From Atractiella rhizophila (Eukaryota), in NCBI GenBank assembly GCA_021432655.1, contig MU271257.1, positions 1 to 48,916 on the forward strand: a stretch of DNA of 48,916 nt, written 5' to 3'. Shown piece after piece: positions 23,115 through 35,074 of this stretch (positions within the stretch are counted from its first letter, which is position 1; the number at the start of each line of letters is the position of its first letter). A program made the translations under genes and the position numbers. A model generated the notes under the pieces. The model had not been told where the DNA came from and ran no database searches. It saw nothing but the letters and a program-made list of their open reading frames with translations.

Positions 23115-25537
23115 ATGGAATTGCATCCCCCCGCCAATGCTGACGATGGCAACAGCCTCGGCAACATTCCTAATAACAACTTGAACGCAACCAATGATGT
23201 CGCCATCGATGCCCTCCAGGGAGATATCCCTCTTCAGCAAGCTGATATCGCGCTTGGAAATGGCTCCATATCTGAAGAAGCGACCGGCAAGCAAAAAAAC
23301 TCGGTTGTATACACTTGGGAGAATCGGGGGCCACCAGCGACTGAGGGCGAGACGACACCAGCAAAGGTCCCAATATCATGCTTGTGCTGCAAAGTCCAGT
23401 CAGTACTCTCTTTCTCAACAAGATATCAGTTGCTTTTCTTCCATCCACTTCTTTGTCTCCCTTTCTCCGTTTTGCGCTATTCTTTTCCCTCCGTTACTCC
23501 CTCTTCCTCGTTCATTCAGCCGCGTCCACTGACGCAGTTGCGAATGGAACAGGAAGAAGAAATGTAACGGGCAAGCCAAGAGAGCATGCACCCGTTGCGT
23601 GAATAAGTGGGAGAAATGGGTTCAGACCGTTGCGAACGGCAAAGTGCCGAAGGAGAAAGAGATGGGAGTCTGCGAGTATAGGGCAAATTCGCAGTGTGTT
23701 CCTCCTTGCTGATCTTCTATTCGTTTCGCTCCCAAGGTGCCCTCTGACTGAGTACGAATTGTTGGATAGAGAGGAGACGAACGCGATAAAGGCGCTAAGG
23801 AATAGAAAGAGCCCGGATGGCGGCATCGAGAAGCAAGGGAACTTGATGGCGCCGAAGAGGAAGAGACTCGCTCCAGAGGATGGTACGAGGAGTGAGACCA
23901 ACGAGACAGGGATGAAGAAGATGAAGACGACCCAAAACCCTCCTGAATACCAAACGATGTCCTATGTAGACGTCTCGAACTTGAATTGGCTTGGCAACCT
24001 TCATCATGCCAATGACGCACGACCCATGGCTCCTTTCTCTGCCGTCGATCCCGTAATTAATCCTTATCTAACCATACATCAGTCGCGAAACGGAGGGATG
24101 ACGACTGGCGGTTTCGTGCCACACCTTATACAAAGTGGGCCCAATGTCGCGGAAGTCCTCGCTCTTGGGGAAGCAAACCGATTGAATCCATGGCCAAACC
24201 TCAACGGTTGGAATCAGACTGCGATGAATCCAGTTGCGATGAATCCGGATGCGATGAATGCGACTTTTGCGAATCCCATTGCGATGAATCAGTCTGTGAT
24301 GAATCCGACTGGGCAAGGAGTTTACCTAGGAGAGCAAGCTGGATCTCTCCCTCAACTCATGTCGTACCCCACTCTCCTCCCTCAGAATTGCGACATTCCT
24401 CCGCCGATGTCTGATTGCAATCAAGGAGGGGATGTCCGTCTCGTCTCCAATGTTCTAGGCTGCGGGAACGGCGTTAATGGACCTTTGAATACCCAACTTG
24501 AACCGTTGACGTTGCCTTTCAACCAGTCCTTGAACTTCAATCCAACAAATCTTGAACCCCCTGCAGCAACAGCGACTGCTCTACAGCCTTTCTGGGAAAG
24601 TGGGATTCCCATCTTTAAAGGTAATATGTCATCCTGTGACGCGAAAAGCGCGTCCAAGGTCGACTTCGAGAACGGAGTAGGAATCGACTTTGGAAATCCT
24701 GCAACGTCTGGTGTGAAGGTGAACACAGATATTTCACCCCCCTTCGATAAAACTGGTATCATAGGAGGTGAAAGTCTGAGCGATGTGGATCTGGACGAGT
24801 TGTTGAGAAAGATCGAGGCCACCAATAAAGATCCCCCAGTAGTTGAGCACAGCGCGCAAGCTGGAGTCGGTACGGCTGGTCAAGGAACGCAAGATTTGCC
24901 TTCACTTCACCAAAACGCCGCTCTCGCTCAAGCAGATATCAATGGCGGATTACACTGGCCATCTGACATGACTTTATCTTCCTCTGCATCATGTAGTGCC
25001 GCCAAGTTCCGTCAACACACCAGTGGTGTCGTCACCTGGGAACAACTCAGGGCAGACGGTGAAAATTTCTTCTCCCTTGATTCGAGCGCGAGGACGATGG
25101 AGGTAGACGTGAAGGTGACTTCTGGCGTCCTCGAAGGACTCAGGTCGGCGAAGGATGGTGCAAGTGCGGGCGTGAATCTGACAGACGAACGAGGAGACTT
25201 GTGCGATGGCAACCAAAGCCAGTCAGCTGTTATCAGCGGTCAGCAAACTCACGAAGCGGAGACTAACGGTTCTCACGGAGGAGCAATAATGTCAAACGAG
25301 TGGAACTTCTTTAATTCCTTCAATGAAGATTCCACCATCAACATCCCCTCGTTTTCCTCTCCAATCCCCTTCTCGCCTTCCTTGTCGTTTGCACAACTAG
25401 GATCCTTGTCGCAAGATCGGGAGAGCGCAGATCGTAACAATGGAATTGACGAGGAATGGGATATTTCCAAGTTCTTGACTGATTCTGGAGACATTTCGGT
25501 CGACAAGGTCGTTGCTAACATGTCCGACGAACAATAA
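23115..25537 (+). CDS. Atypical Zn(II)-cluster-like transcription factor with a long low-complexity C-terminus
   Basis: Spliced sequence ISCLCCKVHCEWNRKKKCNGQAKRACTRCVNKW...GVCEYR, a PKRKR NLS-like motif and an acidic C-terminus. Confidence 0.55.
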
Positions 25538-28074
25538 CCGTTGTGCTGTGATAGAATAGATTCAGTTACGTGTGCTATTGACTTCGATTTTCAATTGCTT
25601 GACCCTTCCTGCAATTTGTTCTTTTAAGCTGTAATACCCAGATACTCAACATACAACATTGCGAATAACCTACTCTTTTCAGTTTAACCAGTTCTTGTAC
25701 CTCAAAGGCACCCACATTTCTTCTCTAAATAGTGCATTCAATCTAGATGCATTAACTCGTGGGCTCCGAATGATGTTATGTGGTCAGTCACGTCAAAACA
25801 TCGTTTAATTTTTTCTTTGTCCGATTTAGGTTCCGAAAGACTTCGCTTTCTTTGTATGCCCGCGCACCTGCACACTCAGTCTCCACGACAAATCTTCCCA
25901 GTCAGGTTTCCAGTGTATGCACATATGCGACAGAAGGGCAAGCATTGACTTTGGTGGGGAAATGTCATCGGAGCATTGCGCCGCATGTGCAGCGTTAACG
26001 AGTGCGTGACCTGACCTTACACTTCCTAGCTTCTGCTTGTCATCCAACGTCGACGAACAATTTTAATATTTGAACAGGATGTCAGTATCGCTGTGTTGCA
26101 ATGAACACATATATTTATGTGACGATGGTGACTTAGCGAGTCAAAAACAATGATTTCACCCCTGCAACAGATTGATACATGAATGTTTTCTTGCAAACAC
26201 AGTACCCTGTGCATCAACGATGTAAAATGCAGTCACTTGAATTATCCTTCAAGCGTTGAATATCCTAGCTCGATATTGCAAATTCGTCTTGGATTCATGG
26301 GTGAGATGCTGTGATAATGGAGTATCATCTTGAGAGAAAGTGGGATTCCCATCTTTAAAGGTAATATGTCATCCTGTGACGCGAAAAGCGCGTCCAAGGT
26401 CGACTTCGAGAACGGAGTAGGAATCGACTTTGGAAATCCTGCAACGTCTGGTGTGAAGGTGAACACAGATATTTCACCCCCCTTCGATAAAACTGGTATC
26501 ATAGGAGGTGAAAGTCTGAGCGATGTGGATCTGGACGAGTTGTTGAGAAAGATCGAGGCCACCAATAAAGATCCCCCAGTAGTTGAGCACAGCGCGCAAG
26601 CTGGAGTCGGTACGGCTGGTCAAGGAACGCAAGATTTGCCTTCACTTCACCAAAACGCCGCTCTCGCTCAAGCAGATATCAATGGCGGATTACACTGGCC
26701 ATCTGACATGACTTTATCTTCCTCTGCATCATGTAGTGCCGCCAAGTTCCGTCAACACACCAGTGGTGTCGTCACCTGGGAACAACTCAGGGCAGACGGT
26801 GAAAATTTCTTCTCCCTTGATTCGAGCGCGAGGACGATGGAGGTAGACGTGAAGGTGACTTCTGGCGTCCTCGAAGGACTCAGGTCGGCGAAGGATGGTG
26901 CAAGTGCGGGCGTGAATCTGACAGACGAACGAGGAGACTTGTGCGATGGCAACCAAAGCCAGTCAGCTGTTATCAGCGGTCAGCAAACTCACGAAGCGGA
27001 GACTAACGGTTCTCACGGAGGAGCAATAATGTCAAACGAGTGGAACTTCTTTAATTCCTTCAATGAAGATTCCACCATCAACATCCCCTCGTTTTCCTCT
27101 CCAATCCCCTTCTCGCCTTCCTTGTCGTTTGCACAACTAGGATCCTTGTCGCAAGATCGGGAGAGCGCAGATCGTAACAATGGAATTGACGAGGAATGGG
27201 ATATTTCCAAGTTCTTGACTGATTCTGGAGACATTTCGGTCGACAAGGTCGTTGCTAACATGTCCGACGAACAATAACCGTTGTGCTGTGATAGAATAGA
27301 TTCAGTTACGTGTGCTATTGACTTCGATTTTCAATTGCTTGACCCTTCCTGCAATTTGTTCTTTTAAGCTGTAATACCCAGATACTCAACATACAACATT
27401 GCGAATAACCTACTCTTTTCAGTTTAACCAGTTCTTGTACCTCAAAGGCACCCACATTTCTTCTCTAAATAGTGCATTCAATCTAGATGCATTAACTCGT
27501 GGGCTCCGAATGATGTTATGTGGTCAGTCACGTCAAAACATCGTTTAATTTTTTCTTTGTCCGATTTAGGTTCCGAAAGACTTCGCTTTCTTTGTATGCC
27601 CGCGCACCTGCACACTCAGTCTCCACGACAAATCTTCCCAGTCAGGTTTCCAGTGTATGCACATATGCGACAGAAGGGCAAGCATTGACTTTGGTGGGGA
27701 AATGTCATCGGAGCATTGCGCCGCATGTGCAGCGTTAACGAGTGCGTGACCTGACCTTACACTTCCTAGCTTCTGCTTGTCATCCAACGTCGACGAACAA
27801 TTTTAATATTTGAACAGGATGTCAGTATCGCTGTGTTGCAATGAACACATATATTTATGTGACGATGGTGACTTAGCGAGTCAAAAACAATGATTTCACC
27901 CCTGCAACAGATTGATACATGAATGTTTTCTTGCAAACACAGTACCCTGTGCATCAACGATGTAAAATGCAGTCACTTGAATTATCCTTCAAGCGTTGAA
28001 TATCCTAGCTCGATATTGCAAATTCGTCTTGGATTCATGGGTGAGATGCTGTGATAATGGAGTATCATCTTGAG
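24596..28074 (+). repeat. Apparently identical 1740-bp tandem duplication (24596-26334 and 26336-28074)
   Basis: The sequence is line-for-line identical at an offset of 1740, and the ORF track is duplicated identically. Confidence 0.97.
26336..27277 (+). pseudogene. 5'-truncated copy of the C-terminal 314 codons of the 23115-25537 gene
   Basis: Identical peptide ESGIPIFKG...VANMSDEQ, without the promoter or DNA-binding domain. Confidence 0.7.
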
Positions 28075-29646
28075 TATCATCTTATTGGATTCCTGCTCTT
28101 TAAGCAAGAATGGTGTCTGTCTCCATTGTTAGACTTCGACACCATGTTATGCGTTGATATTTGACAAATAGCAAAATCTTCACCTAGCGTTCCTAGCATT
28201 CTGTAGCACAAACAAGATCTGTGGACAAATTTCCATCAGTCGTGAAGATATGATGGAAATAGAACATCAAAAGGAAGTTTGTGGGAGAAGATGATCACTC
28301 CCAGAGTAAGTGTTAGAGGATTCTGCGAGGGCCAATATCTGCAGCGATGTGGTTCGCAAAAAACCCGCGTTGCGACTCAAAAGTGCCTTCAATTTGCAGA
28401 GTGACCAACGGATGTGATCTATGATCTATTGTAGTAATGGGCTCGAATGTCTATCAGCCGCTCAGGTCCGTCATACCATACTGTCCGTCGTATCCTATCT
28501 CGTGGTTTAACGGTGAGAGTCGAGTTGCTTCCATGTACCAGCAGGACTGCCCGATGTGCACTTCATCTCCTGGTTCCCGGACGCGGAGAGGTGAGGACCA
28601 AGCGACTCCCCCGAGCACCCCACCATGTTGTAGCAAGGGAATGTATAGTGATGACTGATGCATTACGATGGAAGTATGAATAGAGGTACAAGAATTGCGT
28701 TTAGCTTGTCTTCCACCTGTCCTTCTCGTTCTGAGTCTTCCTTTTCAGTACGGTATCCCCTTTCGGAGTCTGTAGTATCCATCAGTACGTTACAAAGAGT
28801 TAGTCCGCGTTAGCAAGCCTTTCCTTCACCACCTGCTGGAAACGAGTTGGGAGTGCGGTTGCCATTCCTGGCTTCGAACGCAGATCCCCGCTTTCGCGCG
28901 GAAGGACGCGCTCACTCCAGCCCTGAATAACTCTTTCCTCTCCTTCTGTCCGTCTTTATTCGTTCTCCGTTCTGTCTTTCTGTCTCAGAAAACGCCGTCG
29001 CATAGCAAGGTAGATGTGACAGTGGTGTGGTATGGTTATTGCATCCGCTCTGAACTTCTCAACGGTATCGAATCACAGACATCGGTAGTACTTGTATTGT
29101 ATTTTGTATTTACAAGCCGTTGGTCAGCTAGGTTGATTGACTGAAGACGGCGTTTAGCCGAGTTGATCGATGCTGCTTTCTATGCAGACATTGATTGAAA
29201 TCTTAATGAAGACACAAGATAATGCTTGATCGTAGCCTCGCATGTCAAAATGGGAATAAGCCAGACACAAAGGTTAGGTGCATTACGTCCTGATTGCGGG
29301 ACCTGCAATAATTCCCCAAGACGCCAGCCAATTGGAAAGGAAAATCAACAATGTGCGTTGTTGTAGCAATAAAGTGAAGCTTCGTGGACCCAAACAGAAG
29401 GTAACGTCACGAACCGCAAAATGCCTATCGCTTACAAGGAGGGACAAGGTAACGCTCTTTCCACAGCCAAATCGTTGTTCGGATGCGTCTTACGAGGAGC
29501 TCAGAGAGGCTAAGGATCTCATTATGTACGATTCTGTTTACTCCATGGAGAAAGACCGTTGTCTTCGCAGCAAACATCTCGGCTGTTCAAGATTGCAAAG
29601 CAGGTGGTCGGCCAGACCGAAGTAACCTTCTCACGCTGGAAGCAAT

Positions 29647-32600
29647 TCGTGAACAGGATCGCAAATGGGATTCTCTCCGTATTGAGTTGTAGCCTATGGC
29701 AGTCAAAAGACTGTATCCTCAACTCAGCTCAGAGTTAGCAGAAAGCGGTTCAGTTCGTCCGCAGGGCAGTTTCGAAGCTTTGAAGTGAGGAGGAACCAGC
29801 GAACTGGCGCTGCTTTATAAACCACCTTCCCAAGTCTTTTCGATCGTCACCCCTTCCAAACCGTCTTGCAAAGGAGTTCACCAGTCATGATTCACGTATC
29901 CTCTTGTCATTCACCTTCGTCGCCTCCAGATTTACACAAGCCTACACAGATGCTCGACAAAGACAAGCCTGTCTTTAAGCGAGCAACCAGAACTCTTAAA
30001 GCAGGAGGAGAGATCATCTTATTACCTTACACTAGACCAAACCGTTTTGGAGGAAGGAAGGCTACAAGCTGTGCTCAGTGCAGGTAAGCGATCAGCGTCG
30101 CTCAATCAGCAGAGGAAGACTCACAGCAGAATCGTACAGGCGGAGAAAGACGAAATGCAATCTCGAAGCTCCTTGTGCTACCTGTATCTCCAGAGGAGAT
30201 GCCGCGATTTGCAGTTTGGCACAAAAGCAAGCAGATAACTCATCAGCGTCTTCGGCGTAAGTTACTTCCATTTCCACTTTCGCATGAGGAGCTGAGTATG
30301 GACCTAGGACTTCTTCAGCGTCTCCCTCAGCTTCTTCAACCTCCGAATCCTTCGCTTCACACAACGACCAAGAAGCGCTCTCTCCATCCTCCTCTGCATC
30401 CACATCCAAATCAAATTTAGTCAGGAGTCCAGCGACCAAGGATGGTTTTACGTCGCTGTTGGAAGCAGTGAGAAGGGAATATACCATCGAGACCTCCAGC
30501 GCTGGAGAAACAATATCAAAAACAATCCTACGAGAAGCATGCTTTTCGGATGAAAAGACTCCAAGAACTGTGCGTCTCGTCATCTTTGTGAGGGATAGCC
30601 TGGGGTGACTTATCCTCTTGATCTCCCCTTTCTGCAGGGTCTGGACCTATTAGGAGCCCCGTCACTCCCATTTACCTCCCCGTCCCATTCTGCGGACCTT
30701 GAGACCATACTCTCCATTCTTCCTACACCAACTCAGGCTCCTCTTGCCATCTCCGCCTTCTACTCCTATGTGGACCCACTCTTACATCCACTCCACCGTC
30801 CGACGTTCTCTTCCCAAGTCGAAAAGTTCCTCAAAGTATCCAAAGAGCAAAGTGCTATGGAGTTCTGTGGCGACCTCACCTGGATCAGCTGCTTTCTAGC
30901 TATTTGCGGTCAAGGTTTATTGGCGTTATGCGAACGAGGGGAGAGGCTGGGAGAACAGGCAGGAGAGGGAATGATGACTTTAGAAGAACAAACATTGCTC
31001 GGGTTGAGCTGGATGGACGGCTCGATGAAGGCTCTGGTGATCGCAAGTAAGTCGAACTCTTTTTCACTTCTTCCTGCTCATGCTAACTGACTAAAACAGA
31101 CTTCTCCCTCGTTTCTACGCCACATGGATTGGCATCGTTGACCCTTCTCTTCGACTTCTGGCTTATGCGTTCGAATGGGAAACATATCCAAGCCGCGGAG
31201 ACCCTTCTCTCTCCAGCAGTTAGCCTGGCCATGGATCTCCAGCTGCATAACGACCCATGTTGCCTAACTGGACCACCGAAAACGGATTTAGAGTCCGAAG
31301 GACGACGACGACTCTTCTGGTCCATCTTTACTGTCGATGCGTGCGTTCATTCTTTGGTCATAGATCCTCGCTGAATGTATCCCCGTAAATGTAGAATCAT
31401 GGCTGCAGTCCTAGATCGTCCTTGGTCCATGTTCGACATGTCACGGACAACGACTTATCCTCCAGCAGAAGTAAATGATTGCGATTATTCACTTGCTGGC
31501 CAAATCCTCCCTCCCGGTCCAGGGTACATCGTCATGCATGGTGTTAACACACGCTCGGCTCTGGCTCTCGTCCTTCATAAGATGAGCACTGGTGTCTTTT
31601 CGAAGCCGAAGGTGACTATGGGAGAGATATTGAGCTTGAAGGAAGAGTTGGATCATATCGGGGAGCGACTGCGATTTGAGGAGGATGTAGAGTCACAGGG
31701 GGACATCGAGGCGACGATTACCAGGAAGGAAAATACCAGATTATGGAACTTCTCATATGTTCGGCTCTTGAGGTGTCTTTTCGAGCCTAAAAATGCAAAC
31801 ACTACGGCAAAAGAAGGGGCAACAGCACTCAAATCGCAATGTATAAGGCACGCCTGTACGTCTCCCTTATTTGTGCACTGTTTGGATACGCTTACATGAT
31901 ACGGTAATTAGTGCAGCTGGTTCAAAGCCATGAACCTCATTGTCAAGGCTTCCTTCAAACTTTTCTCTCCGTAAAGTATGTCTGATCTCTCCTATCCTCC
32001 TTACGCAATATCTCACCATTGGACTCACAGTGGAGCCATATGTCTTGTCATCGCACTGGAGCAAAACCTCTCAGGCATCGACTTTGACGCGTTAACGAGG
32101 GAGCTTTGGCACTTCGTAGATGCCCTAGGCCAGGATACGACAGGGTCAACTCTCCGACGAAAATCGTTCTTGTTCCTAAAATCGTGAACAGGATCGTAAA
32201 TGGGATTCTCTCCGTATTGAGTTGTAGCCTATGGCAAAAGACTGTATCCTCAACTCAGCTCAGAGTTAGCAGAAAGCGGTTCAGTTCGTCCGCAGGGCAG
32301 TTTCGAAGCTTTGAAGTGAGGAGGAACCAGCGAACTGGCGCTGCTTTATAAACCACCTTCCCAAGTCTTTTCGATCGTCACCCCTTCCAAACCGTCTTGC
32401 AAAGGAGTTCACCAGTCATGATTCACGTATCCTCTTGTCATTCACCTTCGTCGCCTCCAGATTTACACAAGCTTACACAGACGCTCGACAAAGACAAGCC
32501 TGTCTTTAAGCGAGCAACCAGAACGCTTAAAGCAGGAGGAGAGATCATCTTATTACCTTACACTCGACCAAACCGTTTTGGAGGAAGGAAGGCTACAAGC

Positions 32601-34712
32601 TGTGCCCAGTGCAGGTAAGCGATCAGCTTCGCTCAATCAGCAGAGGAAGACTCATAGCAGAATCGTGCAGGCGGAGAAAGACGAAATGCAATCTCGAAGC
32701 TCCTTGTGCTACCTGTATCTCCAGAGGAGATGCCGCAATTTGCAGTTTGGCACAAAAGCAAGCAGATAACTCATCAGCGTCTTCGGCGTAAGTTACTTCC
32801 ATTTCCACTTTCGCATGAGGAGCTGAGTATGGACCTAGGACTTCTTCAGCGTCTCCCTCAGCTTCTTCAACCTCCGAATCCTTCGCTTCACACAACGACC
32901 AAGAAGCGCTCTCTCCATCCTCCTCTGCATCCACATCCAAGTCAAATTTAGTCAGGAGTCCAGCGACCAAAGATGGTTTTACGTCGCTGTTGGAAGCAGT
33001 GAGAAGGGAATATACCATCGAGACCTCCAGCGCTGGAGAAACGATATCAAAAACAATCCTACGAGAAGCATGCTTTTCGGATGAAAAGACTCCAAGAACT
33101 GTGCGTCTCATCATCTTTGTGAGGGATAGCCTGGGGTGACTTATCCTCTTGATCTCCCCTTTCTGCAGGGTCTGGACCTATTAGGAGCCCCGTCACTCCC
33201 ATTTACCTCCCCGTCCCATTCTGCGGACCTTGAGACCATACTCTCCATTCTTCCTACACCAACTCAGGCTCCTCTTGCCATCTCCGCCTTCTACTCCTAT
33301 GTGGACCCACTCTTACATCCACTCCACCGTCCGACGTTCTCTTCCCAAGTCGAAAAGTTCCTCAAAGTATCCAAAGAGCAAAGTGCTATGGAGTTCTGTG
33401 GCGACCTCACCTGGATCAGCTGCTTTCTAGCTATTTGCGGTCAAGGTTTATTGGCGTTATGCGAACGAGGGGAGAGGCTGGGAGAACAGGCAGGAGAGGG
33501 AATGATGACTTTAGAAGAACAAACATTGCTCGGGCTGAGCTGGATGGACGGCTCGATGAAGGCTCTGGTGATCGCAAGTAAGTCGAACTCTTTTTCACTT
33601 CTTCCTGCTCATGCTAACTGACTAAAACAGACTTCTCCCTCGTTTCTACGCCACATGGATTGGCATCGTTGACCCTTCTCTTCGACTTCTGGCTTATGCG
33701 TTCGAATGGGAAACATATCCAAGCCGCGGAGACCCTTCTCTCTCCAGCAGTTAGCCTGGCCATGGATCTCCAGCTGCATAACGACCCATGTTGCCTAACT
33801 GGACCACCGAAAACGGATTTAGAGTCCGAAGGACGACGACGACTCTTCTGGTCCATCTTTACTGTCGATGCGTGCGTTCATTCTTTGGTCATAGATCCTC
33901 GCTGAATGTATCCCCGTAACTGTAGAATCATGGCTGCAGTCCTAGATCGTCCTTGGTCCATGTTCGACATGTCACGGACAACGACTTATCCTCCAGCAGA
34001 AGTAAATGATTGCGATTATTCACTTGCTGGCCAAATCCTCCCTCCCGGTCCAGGGTACATCGTCATGCATGGTGTTAACACACGCTCGGCTCTGGCTCTC
34101 GTCCTTCATAAGATGAGCACTGGTGTCTTTTCGAAGCCGAAGGTGACTATGGGAGAGATATTGAGCTTGAAGGAAGAGTTGGATCATATCGGGGAGCGAC
34201 TGCGATTTGAGGAGGATGTAGAGTCACAGGGGGACATCGAGGCGACGATTACCAGGAAGGAAAATACCAGATTATGGAACTTCTCATATGTTCGGCTCTT
34301 GAGGTGTCTTTTCGAGCCTAAAAATGCAAACACTACGGCAAAAGAAGGGGCAACAGCACTCAAATCGCAATGTATAAGGCACGCCTGTACGTCTCCCTTA
34401 TTTGTGCACTGTTTGGATACGCTTACATGATACGGTAATTAGTGCAGCTGGTTCAAAGCCATGAACCTCATTGTCAAGGCTTCCTTCAAACTTTTCTCTC
34501 CGTAAAGTATGTCTGATCTCTCCTATCCTCCTTACGCAATATCTCACCATTGGACTCACAGTGGAGCCATATGTCTTGTCATCGCACTGGAGCAAAACCT
34601 CTCAGGCATCGACTTTGACGCGTTAACGAGGGAGCTTTGGCACTTCGTAGATGCCCTAGGCCAGGATACGACAGGGTCAACTCTCCGACGAAAATCGTTC
34701 TTGTTCCTAAAA
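29647..34712 (+). repeat. ~2.53-kb tandem duplication (29647-32181 and 32182-34712), about 99% identical
   Basis: tcgtgaacaggatcg... restarts at 32182. About 16 substitutions and one 4-nt indel were counted by eye. Confidence 0.95.
29887..32187 (+). CDS. Zn(II)2Cys6 transcription factor with a fungal TF middle-homology region, copy 1 (C-terminally shortened)
   Basis: SCAQCR|RRKTKCNLEAPCATCISRGDAAICS; LHRPTF; AMDLQLHNDP...EGRRRLFWSIFTVD. TATAAA at ~29816. Ends FLKS* at the duplication junction. Confidence 0.85.
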
Positions 34713-34772
34713 AGTTTCCTTATCGGTATTTTCGAACGACGCGAGCATGCGAAGTCACTGTTTTCACTTTAA
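32418..34772 (+). CDS. Zn(II)2Cys6 transcription factor, copy 2 (full C-terminus)
   Basis: Same motifs as copy 1; continues FLKSFLIGIFERREHAKSLFSL*. Confidence 0.85.
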
Positions 34773-35074
34773 TGGAGCAGTTTCTGGCTTAATATCAGTA
34801 GTCCAGTTAGTACAGGGCAGTTCATGCAAGATTTCGAGGTCCAAACTTCGTCGAGTTCGTTGTTAATCGTATGTTCCTCAGTAACAAGTAACAAGGCACA
34901 TGTGTTTATTGTATGTTTAAGCACTCCATTCTAGCGTAATGTTGATATTCTGCACTCGACTTGAGCAAGTTGCTGCTATATATAGTGTTCAAAAGCTACG
35001 CAATACAACAGTGCATGCCAAACGACGACGAATTAATGACTATCAGAACCTTTGATCCAATGTACAAGAATGAG

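Noticed and set aside
28100..29640. Short ORFs (for example 29278-29625) as a gene or transposon remnant
   Set aside because: No recognisable motifs, splice-consistent model or terminal repeats.
29647..34712. RIP-like mutation in the duplicated segments
   Set aside because: The differences are few, bidirectional and include transversions, and the 1740-bp duplicate shows none.
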